Assembly: GCA_023920165.1 (NCBI GenBank)
Contig: CP089274.1
Location: 2,542,001 to 2,606,000, forward strand
Source of the DNA: Curvularia clavata
Lineage: Eukaryota
Reading direction: 5' to 3'
DNA length: 64,000 bases
The translations under genes and the position numbers were made by a program. The notes beneath the pieces were generated by a model. The model was not told the origin of the DNA and did no database searches. It worked only from the letters and a program-made list of their open reading frames with translations. Positions 1-10,847 of this stretch are shown here, one piece after another; positions within the stretch are counted from its first letter, which is position 1; each line of letters begins with the position of its first letter.

Positions 1-75
1 GCGTTAGCGGTGACGACAGACAACTACTCAACCATAGATCAGGGCAACGCCAGCAGCCTCAGTGGTGAGAGATAA
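1..75 (+). CDS. Possible 3' end of a gene entering from outside the window (…ALAVTTDNYSTIDQGNASSLSGER*)
   Basis: Frame 1 is open from base 1 to TAA at 73-75; too short to identify. Confidence 0.2.
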   Translation, partial: ALAVTTDNYSTIDQGNASSLSGER

Positions 76-1106
76 AAAACGCCCGATTAATCAGCACTGG
101 CCAACACAAACGAAAGGGGAAAAAATGTGTGCGGCTGCCAAACGCCTTGATGCGTCTCCCTGTTCATCAGATTGTGTAAGAGTGAATCCGGAGAAGCAAA
201 CGAAACCCGGGCCGCGAGCGGTGATTGGGAAAGCCAATTGCATCCATATTGCACAAAGTAGTTATCCGCCGTCTGTCTACACAATACAAAAGGCACTTGT
301 AAGTACGCGAAACAAGATGGACTCGAGACTGGTAGAAAGGCAGCGATTTCGCGTATCCTGGATGTAAAAAAGATGCCATTGTGCAGCGTTGCACGAATGA
401 ACACAAAGAGGGAGAAGATTGGTATTCAAGGGCGTAAAGTGTTGTATGTATGACCCATTGAGACGGCCCTTTCTTGGTGAGTTTGTATTGCACAGTCAGG
501 TAAATATGTAAGCCATTTTGGGTTAGCCAGGTCGAACCGTACTCCCAATCACTGCTACAAGCAGCCTTATCGTGGTGTTTGGGGCTTGCTAGCTTTGATA
601 GGCTAGGTGATCTGCGTCAATGCCGACCCATCGTTGTGGGACCTGTAGCACATCAATCTCGGCACTGTATCACGGCAGTAGTACCAGGAGGGATGAAACA
701 GGCGAATGGGTGCCAGAGTCGTAACACGACTGCCAGCACACTCCTGATGCGGTGCTCTATTGATGTTCCAGGCTGTGACCGGGTCACCGCCGCAGTGGTG
801 GAGACCCACTCTGGAGAGTGGCTGCTCACAAGTTGCTGCATGGGAAACGTCAGGGAACATCGCCAAGTCGGGGAGGGCCTGCTTGACAAAGACCGAGGGG
901 GCGGATGGCGGGATGATACGGAGAGCCAAAATTTCAAGTATGACGATTTTTCTTCATTGAACTTGCTGATAAAAAAACATACAGAACAAAACATCGTGCT
1001 TTCGGTTTGTATTGAGCGCAAGCTAGTTGGTTTCATCACTTTAAACACTAGGAGTCAGTCATTTATCGAAACAGGGAGAGGCAGGGTGATTTACCTCCGA
1101 ATTCCT

Positions 1107-1415
1107 TCAGCAATAATTTGGTGTCGCAGATCTTTTAGCAACCGTGAGTTCTTCGATTTCTGGGGCTGCCTCTTCTCTGGACAGGTGGTGTATAAGCTCT
1201 TTGAGATCTTCGAAATCTTGCCAAGATACATCTCCAATATCACCAAGTGATGGTTTACCGCCCTCCCAATGAACTCTGTCGTCGATAGGTGCCGGGTTTC
1301 TGGCTACTTCGTTAATATCGGGCACAGCTCGAGATACCGGTTGCGTAGACACAGGGGCGGCAGAGATGTTCAGTACGAAGCCAAGTAGCGGAAGTAGTGT
1401 GGTGAGGGCGTGCAT
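1107..1415 (-). CDS. Small secreted precursor peptide (102 aa) with a Kex2 site; candidate RiPP precursor
   Basis: Good Kozak context (tcaccATG). Hydrophobic signal peptide MHALTTLLPLLGFVLNISA|AP, acidic pro-segments, and KR followed by C-terminal SATPNYC. Same strand as, and 637 bp downstream of, a DUF3328 gene. Confidence 0.75.
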   Translation of the reverse strand: MHALTTLLPLLGFVLNISAAPVSTQPVSRAVPDINEVARNPAPIDDRVHWEGGKPSLGDIGDVSWQDFEDLKELIHHLSREEAAPEIEELTVAKRSATPNYC

Positions 1416-2052
1416 GGTGATAGTATGGTGTGCGTTGTTTTATTCGAATTTTTGCATTCTGCAAAATATTAGCATAGCCCGGATTTACGGAATATTCGTT
1501 ATTCGTACGGTGGAAGCCTGTAAAGAGAGATCGCAGTGTATGGAAGAGAAAATTCTGGCGCTGATGTGTCAGGATTTATGGCTTGAATGCTGCGCACCTC
1601 AGCTCAGCATGCCCGACCATTTGATTCTCGTATATCATCGTGTTCTCCCCAACATGCCAAACGTGCATAGTGGTCAGCCGCTCTTGAGGATAGCGGTCCT
1701 CGGAATCATAGTTGCACCGCGCTCGCTACCATTTCATTTGTATATCGATCATAATCTGAGGACGACCTCGGGCCGATATTGAATGGTGATGGGCGTGTCT
1801 GCCTCGTCCTTTTCGTGGTCAAGATGACTTGAGTGGCCATACCTTTCAGATCCATGGCATGAGGATATTAGTGGCTAATGACACACATGTTGTGTAACCA
1901 TACCGATATCGCATCGCATGCTCCTCGGAATATGGAGAGAGCTGAGAGCTCAATGTACTAGTACGTAGCATGAGAAAAAAAAATTAAAGCTCGAGTATGA
2001 TTGAATCAACAGAAAAGCCACACATTTTGCCCTCCCGTGTGTAACTCGCAAA

Positions 2053-3019
2053 TCAAAACACAATTACGTCGTCTGCATTTTCATTCTGCTCGTATGGATC
2101 TTTGTGTCCGTGGCGTTCAAAATAAGCCCGCTGGAAATCCAGATATGGTGATGAAGGCGGACAGAATGCAAAATTCTCAAGCGTATTAGTAGCCTCACGA
2201 TAATCGTCAAATTTGTAGCAGGCATGCTGATCAGGGCGCTTCGCCCAGGCTATCAGTTTGTCCCAGTCGCGGCATTCTCGAACCTGGAAACCACCAGTTT
2301 GATGGGAAAGTGGTGCCGGCATTGGAGTATCGTCTGCCGCACACATGACATCTTGTCGTAATCCATCCAGACAGTGGTAGATGTGCCGGAGATTGAACGC
2401 CTGGTCGCTGCCCTTGTGCTTCGAGACAATAGCTTTGCGAATAAGTTTCTTGAAAAGTTAGTTTCCGGATATTTGACACCAAACACCAGGCCTACCAGGC
2501 AATGTAAGTCATGTATGCCCTTCACATAGTACACACTGCGTTCCGTATCCCACGGAAATGGAGTGGAAGGAGGCAGACCAAGACTTCCTGCAAGTCTATC
2601 GTCAAGTGCAATTGCCATGGCATTAGTGTCGATATCATCCCATGCGGCCTCCATGTCACTGTCGCTTGCATTTGGATGCCAATACTTTGTCATGGCATAG
2701 TATGGCATGTTGGTATCGAAAGCTAGTCCGCCTTCAACAGCGTGAGCACATATTGACTATTTCATACTCGATACCTACTAAACTGGCTCTTGGTCGAGTG
2801 ATGCGAAATGCGGAGTCTCGCATTATCCATGACCAGCAAGATGTTTACTGAAAGTGAGAGGAGCAAAATCGACAAGCATGCAACAAAGCTGCGCGTGTTG
2901 GACGGGATAATTTCGGTGGTGTTGGAGTCCCATGATGTACCGTCCTTCTCTTCTGGTCCAGCCAAGATATTTTCTTCTTCTTCGCTACACACTGGCTGGT
3001 ATGCTGGAGATCCTGCCAT
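2053..3019 (-). CDS. UstYa-like / DUF3328 oxidase (3 exons; introns ~2778-2732 and ~2495-2449)
   Basis: Spliced product has an N-terminal TM helix (FVACLSILLLSLSVNILLV), then GLPPSTPFPWD, HDLHCL, HIYHCLDGLRQDVMCAADDTP and RECRDWDKL. Twin HxxHC motifs plus the CxxDxT and CRDW hallmarks of DUF3328. Confidence 0.92.
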
Positions 3020-3575
3020 CTTGGGATGGTTCAGAGAATGGATTTGAGCGCCAAATCAATGCAGCTTCACCGGACAGAGGTCCTGCAGGCTGTACAGTAA
3101 ATGTCCAAGTGACCAGTCGTACAGGCGTACGTCACGACTACTGCCGGGCGAGAATAACGCTTCAGCTGTCTCTCTCCGAAGGTCGGGTCGTGGATGAATT
3201 GCAACGCCATCTGTCTTTGTGGACGGTTACATCGCCGAGCAGGCGTTCTCCCGGGCGCTGTACCATCGAGGAAGGTCGTAAGCATCTCTAGACAATGATA
3301 GTGATACCAAAGCTCCCGGGCGGGTGGAATGCGAGGGGTTATCAGGGAATAGAGGGTGTGACTTGCTCGGCCTAGCCAAGACGCTAAAAGTGTCAACGGT
3401 ACCTTCCTTGTTGGGAGCCTTCACCCTAACACGGCAATCTACGATGTCCAATACTTGGAATATGCTATATCTCCGGTTCCGCTGTCCATGCGCCATGGCG
3501 GCAAGGTAGCGTCGTCGTCGTCTACTTTACCTGTCCGATGTCGCCCCAGCCTCATGTAGTCACCGACGTGCAACC

Positions 3576-4429
3576 ATGGGGCAGAGATACTTTGTCCGCG
3601 AGGCCAAAACAAAGCAAGAGTTGGACAGCATCTTGGAAGTAATCTGGGCAGCAAACTACACACCCTACGAACCTTTTATGCAGCTTGTGTTTCCTGTTCT
3701 CGGCTACACAGCTGCCCATCGCGAGGCTGCCATTAACGAATCCAAACAACGCTTCTGGGAAGAACACCAAACAGACCGATCCATTCACTGGTTCTACGCA
3801 TTCGACACAGTCACAAACAGAGCGGTTGGTTGCGCACAGTGGGTGATTTCGACCAAAAACCCATTCGCTGCAGGTACACCAGAGTTGACGGCACCATGGT
3901 GGCCCGAAGGCGAACGTCGGAGCTTTTGCGAATCGATACTGAATCAGGTGTACAAGCCCCGCGCAAGCTGGATGACACGGCCCCATTGTAGTAAGTGGAG
4001 CATTTATTTCTTGCTTCAAATGCGCTATTTCAGGAAACGACGGCAGTGAAGACGATCGGAATAATCCTGTATCAGCCACTGACATCAAAGACAGCACTCA
4101 ACTGGATGGCGGTAGATCCTGCTCACCGACTTCGTGGTATTGGCTGCTTGCTTATGGATGTGGGAATTGTGCGCGCCGACGATCTCGACCTGGAATGCTG
4201 GTTGGAAGCGTCGGCCATGGGAAAACCGCTGTATGAAAAGTTTGGTTTTCAACCGTTGTTGAAAATTGCCTTTGACACGGAGAAGCCCAATGCAAGCGAC
4301 GAGTGGAGAAGAAGTGCCCACGAGCTGACGCCTGCACCAATTTTTGCCATGTGGAGACCGACAAAGTCTTCTCGACAGGGAAGTCGGAGCGAGCTGCAGA
4401 TGCCGTGGACGCTAGGTACGCGAGCTTGA
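3576..4429 (+). CDS. GNAT-family N-acetyltransferase (intron 3991-4094)
   Basis: GTAAGT...CACTGAC...ACAG intron. Motif A MAVDPAHRLRGIGCLL and motif B WLEASAMGKPLYEKFGF; 249 aa when spliced. Confidence 0.9.
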
Positions 4430-4874
4430 AGAGCGCATGTGACACACCCGACTTGCGGTGGTCAGGTGCATGACAGACAAATGATGTATGGGAAATATCA
4501 GGTAATCGCCGCGACTGATGTGAAAACCAGGGCGGAAGCATGAATGGAAAGTACGGATCAGGTCATACATGAAGTGTGTATGGGCTGATATGGAAGAATC
4601 ATCTGGAGATGAGTACAGTTAGTTGGCTGCTTACCAACAGAAGGGAAATGGGAATCAACACTGAAAAGTAAGGTTTACAGTGACAGCACATGCAAACATG
4701 CATTTGAGGACGATGAGGCAATTGTCTAGCAATACCCAGCATTCGTGGCTCAGTTAGTTGCTAAACCTACATTCTCATCAGTCGGGTACATTTGAAATTT
4801 AAAGAAACTTTTTCCATTCGGACCCCATTGGTGATTATCTCACATGCTCTCTGTCGCCATCCAGGAAGTTTGCC

Positions 4875-5153
4875 CTAACCAGCGAGATTACAGCACTCGA
4901 CTGAGTAGGTGTGACTGCACCCAATACATACGTAACCCATCTCTTTTGTCTGCCATCGCCTTCGACACCCGCAGCACTCCCATATGCAGTCGGGGATTGG
5001 TTCCGCATCAGGACGGGGCGTGTGGCGTGATAGGGGAACCGGTGAGGTGAGCCTTTGCATACTGAAGGAGTGAAGATGGCCGTGCAGTGGTGTGCTGTGG
5101 AGACGGACTCGCAGTGAGTGATTGTGAGCATATGCGGTAGGCTTTGTCGACAT
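4875..5153 (-). CDS. Small Cys/His-rich protein, putative zinc-binding (WxCCxC...CxxCxH...CC)
   Basis: aaacacaATG Kozak context and a pyrimidine/A-rich 5' leader; C-terminus CIWECCGCRRRWQTKEMGYVCIGCSHTYSVECC. Confidence 0.5.
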   Translation of the reverse strand: MSTKPTAYAHNHSLRVRLHSTPLHGHLHSFSMQRLTSPVPLSRHTPRPDAEPIPDCIWECCGCRRRWQTKEMGYVCIGCSHTYSVECCNLAG

Positions 5154-5573
5154 TGTGTTTATGCAGCGGAGTGAACTAATTGAGTTTTGCTTGGATGTGG
5201 TTGGTAGAGGTTGAAAGTATCTGTGAGGTCGGGTACTGCAAGCGTGTCAACATGCCAACCGAAGTAGGCAGTAGCAAACGGGAAGTGCAAACGCGTCATG
5301 TCTGATTCCCTTCTCGATACCAGGGTACTTGAGATTACATGTGGCGAGCCGATGGGTGTTTGATTGTTCGTGTGCTTTGAAGATTTTCGTCTATTGCTCT
5401 CATTGTGCTAATTGCAGGCTCGGCCCTGCCACGGTAGTTTGTGTAACGCAGAAAACAACCAACCCTAAAGTCAAATCCCGAACTTAAAATCAGGGGCCAA
5501 GACGGGGAGAGTGGAAAGCGGCAACATGGGAAGGCGAACCTAGCGGGGTTCATGCACGAGGCTGCATTTGCAT

Positions 5574-6272
5574 TCAAAGCCATCCAGCCTTGAGTTTCTC
5601 AATTGCCTCATGCTCGGAAACCACGTCAGCCATCTTGGCGCCCATGTCGGTGATATTCACGTCGTGAACAGTGCGTGATCGATCACCACACGCCTCGCCA
5701 ACAACCTGGAGCCATGGTCAGCAACGTCCATAAAGAGCCGGATCAAGGCACACCATTGGCCGGAATCCTAGGCACATTGCATCCAGAGTGGTCGCGCGCA
5801 CACAGCCACTGGTACTGACACCGCAGATCACCAGAGTATCGATCTTGGAGAGGTGGAGCCTCGTGGCAAGGTCGGTCGCGAAGAAGGCAGAGGGATAGCG
5901 CTTGGAGATGACGGCTTCGCCAGCAGCAGGCTCCAGGCCGGGGAGCCAACTCTCGAGGCCAGTCTCTTTGCCCTGCTGAAAGACGTCGAGCAGTGGCACT
6001 TTGCAGAAAAACAATCCTGCATCCGCCATGTCCGGCTCCTTGTACTCTACCCGAGTCCAGATCAAGGGCACCTTTCCTTGGCGTGCGGCGTCGACGAGTC
6101 TCGCAATGGCTGCGGGCGCAGCCGCAGACGCAGGGTTTGCCCTCGTGTCAAGTGGGCTGTTTTCACTCCAGTAAGCTTTGCAGACGTCGACGAGTAGGAG
6201 GGCTGGTCTGCCACCCCATCCTATCTTTGCTGCAAAGCCGCTCCCGTGGACGCTCTGGGCTTGATCCGCCAT
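5574..6272 (-). CDS. Isochorismatase-family cysteine hydrolase (N-carbamoylsarcosine amidase/maleamate amidohydrolase-like; intron 5753-5706)
   Basis: ALLLVD, KRYPSAFF and GVSTSGCVRAT give the Asp-Lys-Cys triad; exon 2 reads VVGEACGDRS...AGWL*. Confidence 0.9.
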
Positions 6273-6801
6273 GCTGTCTCGTCGCCAGTCAGTCAGTTGG
6301 TCGTTGTGGGGTTGGTAGTAGGTCAGTCATGATCAAAGCGGCACGCGAGCACGGGCAAGTCTATAGCGTCGAGTCTACTACGGGTCGAGCCGTCTGCTAT
6401 CCAGCAACAGCCCGCCAGCGTCATAACCCGTCTCTCTCTGTGCCAGACGGCGGGCGTGTTATATCAGAACGACGCAATGCCGACCCAGCCAGGTTGGTCG
6501 GATCCTCGGACCAGTACGGAGGCGCCTTGGGTAGCTTCCGCCGCGTCGGCAGCATGCAGCCGCGCATAGTGCGGGCCATTGATGCGCCGACGCCCATACT
6601 ACCCGAGGTATCTTGTTGATTTCGCGCTGCCACATGGACAAACCCGCGGCTGCATGCCTTTGAGACTCTTGTGCTTTGATGCAATGGCCTACCGTGTCGC
6701 CATCCGGCCTGTCCGCGTAGTGTTGATTCCTGGAGCCATCCAATAACCGTCCCTGGGGCCCTTCATCTCTCTCACAGGAACCTCGACCCCGGCCTTGGCA
6801 T

Positions 6802-8877
6802 ATGATCGGACTTCCCCACACGAGCGCGACCTCCGCGAGGGCGCAACCGGAGACCGATGGCTCTCCTTCTCCTAAGTCTGCCAGCCTTGCTCCCACAATG
6901 GAGGCAAGAGAAGGGAGGATAGGCAACGCCTTTGCCTGCGAAAGATGTCGAAAACACAAGGTCCGCTGCGTGCCTTCGGATACTCCCAGCATCTGCCAAA
7001 GGTATGTTTGCCCGACTCCGCCGTTGTTCCTTACTCCACATTCACTGACACGTGCCTCCAGGTGCCAGAAGGCCAGAGTCGAATGTGTAGAACATGTCGC
7101 CCGCAGACGGCCAGCAAAGGCGCGCGCTGAGGGCCAGACTCCCAGCAAACTGCGCGACTTTGACAAGAAGCTCGACAAATTGTCTGCCATTGTTGCGACC
7201 ATGGCGCCCTCACCGGCGCAAACCACTTTACCCTCGGTAGTCACTATTCCCTCCCAACTTGCAGCCCTGGAAACGGCTCAGCAAGCCCCAACCCCAAAAC
7301 AAACGCTCACTCAAACCGTGCCTCTGCCGGTAACGCCTAGCTCTGCACATCTTCCTGGCCCCGGATCCCAATCGGAAAATTCTCTGCCAATCTGGGAATC
7401 TTTCAACGACACTCTTGCATGTCTCGGCCGACTGGACCCTGTCATCCGATCCATCAGCATGGTGCACATGCAGATGCTGCTCGACGCATATCGTGGCATG
7501 GTCGACTTCTTCCCGTTTGTCATCCTTCCCCGGGACTGCCGCTGCCAGGACCTGTTCCACACCCGCCCAATGTTGATGTTTGCTGTGTTGACGGTCGCTT
7601 CGTATGACTCGCCGCAGCTTCGACATACATTGAGCCAGGAATTTCGAAAAGTGGTCATGGTCAAGATCATGAAAGGCGAAAAGACCCTTGACCTGCTCCA
7701 GGGACTGCTGATCTTTATAGCGTGGCACCACCATTACATGGACGCTCAGGCCGTCTCAATCACCTTGCTTCTTCAGTTGTGCCTGGGCATCGCACATGAC
7801 CTCGGCCTCGACAACATATCCAGGGCCGCAAGGAGTCCTCTGCACAAGGACGATCCTCGGGACAAAGAAGCAAAACGCGCTTACCTGGGATGTTACTACC
7901 TGTCCTCCAACATTGGCTTAATGCAGCCGTTGAAGGCACGTTCCATGTCACACACGACTACACTTCGAAACTACGCCTCTGAACTAGCCTCTTCCTGGGA
8001 CAACAAGACAGATACAGTGCTTCCGATATTGATGGACGTCTGCCAATACATGGAGGACGTGGAGGAGACGTTCCGCAGCCAATCAGAACAGGCAATTGTT
8101 GTGCGCACGCAAGTCAATCGTCTAAGTGAAAAGTGGGAAAACATTCGCCTCGTATCTAAGCTACAGGCAAATGATTTCGGTAAGCATGCCCTGCTGCGGC
8201 TTGACACATGCAATACTGACAGTATATCAGCAACGCTACAATGGTTACAACTCGCCGCTCGCATACATCTCTATCGAATTGCCGCCTCCGTCGACCTTGT
8301 AGATCGCGATTCCACGCCCTGGGCTTCAGGTTTCCAACTGTCACTGCGGGTAACATATGTGCGATCAATCGAACAATTCCTCGAGAACAGCACCAAACTA
8401 TCCACCTCCCAGTTCGATTACGTCTCATTAATTGACTGGCTCAACCTCGTCAACACCATTACTAGCCTAAGCAAGCTGGCCCTCCACGCCTCGCACATTC
8501 CCGGCTGGGATCCCAGCGAGCTGCAGCTTACACGAACATTCGACTACTATCGAGACCAGATTTCCTCGCAGCTGCCGCGGCCACGGGATACGCAGAGCAA
8601 CCGTGAAGATGCGTTTGAGCGATTCCGTCGCATCACGTCCACTATGCGGATGGCGCTGCACGACGCACCCGGCAGGGGAAGCCCGAACGGTACTACTTTT
8701 GAGCTTTCGACCGGATCAGGAAGAACAGTATCGTTACTGCATAATCTTGCGCTGCCGAAGATCAACGGCGGCACTGCGAATGGATCAGAGAAGTTACCTA
8801 GTCTGCGAGATGTGAATCCTTCTTTCGACGTTACTAGCAATGACTTTCACTGGAAATTCTTGCTCGGTACCGTGTGA
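6802..8877 (+). CDS. Zn(II)2Cys6 fungal transcription factor (introns 7002-7061, 8180-8230; start may be 6898)
   Basis: After splicing, ACERCRKHKVRC-x7-CQRCQKARVEC binuclear cluster, followed by a fungal TF middle homology region (FFPFVI, LLQGLLIFIAW). Confidence 0.9.
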   Translation: MIGLPHTSATSARAQPETDGSPSPKSASLAPTMEAREGRIGNAFACERCRKHKVRCVPSDTPSICQRYVCPTPPLFLTPHSLTRASRCQKARVECVEHVARRRPAKARAEGQTPSKLRDFDKKLDKLSAIVATMAPSPAQTTLPSVVTIPSQLAALETAQQAPTPKQTLTQTVPLPVTPSSAHLPGPGSQSENSLPIWESFNDTLACLGRLDPVIRSISMVHMQMLLDAYRGMVDFFPFVILPRDCRCQDLFHTRPMLMFAVLTVASYDSPQLRHTLSQEFRKVVMVKIMKGEKTLDLLQGLLIFIAWHHHYMDAQAVSITLLLQLCLGIAHDLGLDNISRAARSPLHKDDPRDKEAKRAYLGCYYLSSNIGLMQPLKARSMSHTTTLRNYASELASSWDNKTDTVLPILMDVCQYMEDVEETFRSQSEQAIVVRTQVNRLSEKWENIRLVSKLQANDFGKHALLRLDTCNTDSISATLQWLQLAARIHLYRIAASVDLVDRDSTPWASGFQLSLRVTYVRSIEQFLENSTKLSTSQFDYVSLIDWLNLVNTITSLSKLALHASHIPGWDPSELQLTRTFDYYRDQISSQLPRPRDTQSNREDAFERFRRITSTMRMALHDAPGRGSPNGTTFELSTGSGRTVSLLHNLALPKINGGTANGSEKLPSLRDVNPSFDVTSNDFHWKFLLGTV

Positions 8878-9479
8878 AAGGATTCGACAAAGCAGACGCC
8901 CGTGTGTTCTCTGATCTCCATTCATGTTTTCCATGTTTACCCTTCAAAAAACATCTCCTTTGCTTTTTTTGAACCCCCGCCAAAAGCTTGTTTGGTATTC
9001 GTCGTTCCAGCATATGGGAGGGATAACGGGTTGGTGGGCTGCGTGCTGCTGACCCACCGGTTTCTAGACGATTTCATATAGCTTCCTGATTTTAGCCTTT
9101 CTCGACTCGCTCTCTCTCATACCCTTATATACCCAGCATTAGTTGTGTTTGAATCATACAGAAGTACTCAGCTCGCATTTCATTGATGTTTGCTTTGGAG
9201 ATGGGACTCAATGGGTCTGTCTGCCCTAATAAAAGTGTGAATTTGATGGCTTGGACTCTGTTTTCTCTCAGAGTATTTCTTTTTTTTTTTCTTGATAAGA
9301 ACTACAACAACAATAAGTTCGTGAAATTGACTCGGCGCCAATACCAAGACACGAAAGCTACGTAAATGCTAAATACAACAAGCTTCTACTCACTCATGTG
9401 TCACTTGGGTAACCCGTTTTCTAGACATCGCAAACAAAGGGGAAGAACTCACATCTCAACTTCGCATTGACATCCCACC

Positions 9480-10300
9480 AGCCACTTTCTCTTCTTCTAT
9501 CACACATACACGAAACACCACACCTTGTATAAAAACCTCGATGTATCCTCCTCGCGAAGAGCACTGCAGCCTTGATCGTGTCTTGTGGGGTAATACATAT
9601 ATATAGTTTGTATACCTTTCGTCGTTAGTATAAAGTATTGAAGAAGAGGGATATTATGATTTCCCCCACTACTACTAAAAGAAACGCCACAACAGAGGAG
9701 TACAGAAACCAAGCAAGTCTCTCTAGAGTCGAACTATATAATCCACTAGCTTTTTTAGTTTGTTCTTTTGCTATTATATTCTCCCCGCTTTGTTGATACT
9801 ACCAGCACATTAGTACCTGCACAAGACCCAGCTGATGCTAATAGGAGAAACTTGCTTGATGATAGAATTCTTGATCTTATAATATGTATAGTGCATAAGG
9901 AGAGAGAAGAGGTAATCGCGAGAAGGGCTGAATATCAGTAGTGTGTTGGTACAGCTAGTATGTGCCTCTCTATCCCAAGGTAATCTAACTAAAGGAAAAA
10001 CTCCTGTATACAGTCCGACTAGCCGGTTTACTTGAACTCTGTTGGCTATAAAGTGAGGGATTATGGATAGCTAGAATCATGTACACACACGATTGAAAAG
10101 AAGACGAAGATGTTGATCTTTCTGAATGTTCTAGTCCTAGCATCAGCCATAGAGGAAAAGAGGCGTAAGATGTGGTTCTGCCGTCTTCTCGTTACACATA
10201 TACCAAATTGGCAGAATACAAGAAAAAAAATACTGCCTTATCTGTATAGGTGAACAAGACGGACAAACTCTCTCAGGTGGCGACTCAAAACGAAGAAAAG
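9480..10300. other. AT/TpA-rich non-coding segment, possible RIP-degraded repeat relic
   Basis: Visibly rich in TA/TAG/CTA compared with the flanks; no credible ORF and no termini recognised. Confidence 0.25.
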
Positions 10301-10847
10301 CAAAAGAACACAAGCTTAAACACCACGTGGAAATAACCCTCTACATGTCACAAGAAGACTCATATCATGGCAATCCAACAAGTCGAGAATCTTCCAAAAT
10401 CCAATAACTGTAATTACTCGTTCAACATTCATAAGTTCGTTAAGAGTTATCTTTAATCATACAAAACCATCCTTCGTTTGCTTGTCCCTTGGGACATCAG
10501 ACAAGCGATCCGTCGTGAGCTTTGCCTTTATTATATGCGCCTTAAAACCCACCCAACAGTCAGAGACCAAAAAGAAGGAAAGAGGAGAAGAACAGAAAAG
10601 AGACATATTATATACAAAGGAGATGGTAAGAAGAATCCAACATCATCCAGTCGTTGACAGGTAAAGACCATAAACCCGTCATTCCAAATTCATCGAAATT
10701 GGCCCAAACACTCTCCAAATCCTTGCGTAGTCGGAGAAGATTATTGGACTAAGACAGGGCGCCCATAGCCAAGGCGACAATCTTTGGGTTGGGACGATCC
10801 TTGCGGACGACAACTACAACCAGGGAAAAATCAACGAAGTGGTTCTT

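Noticed and set aside
579..1250. 223-aa plus-strand ORF
   Set aside because: Non-ATG start, no recognisable motif, and it overlaps the better-supported precursor gene antisense.
5574..8877. Hydrolase and Zn2Cys6 TF as members of the RiPP cluster
   Set aside because: Only proximity supports this; there is no mechanistic or sequence link, so they are kept as a separate module.
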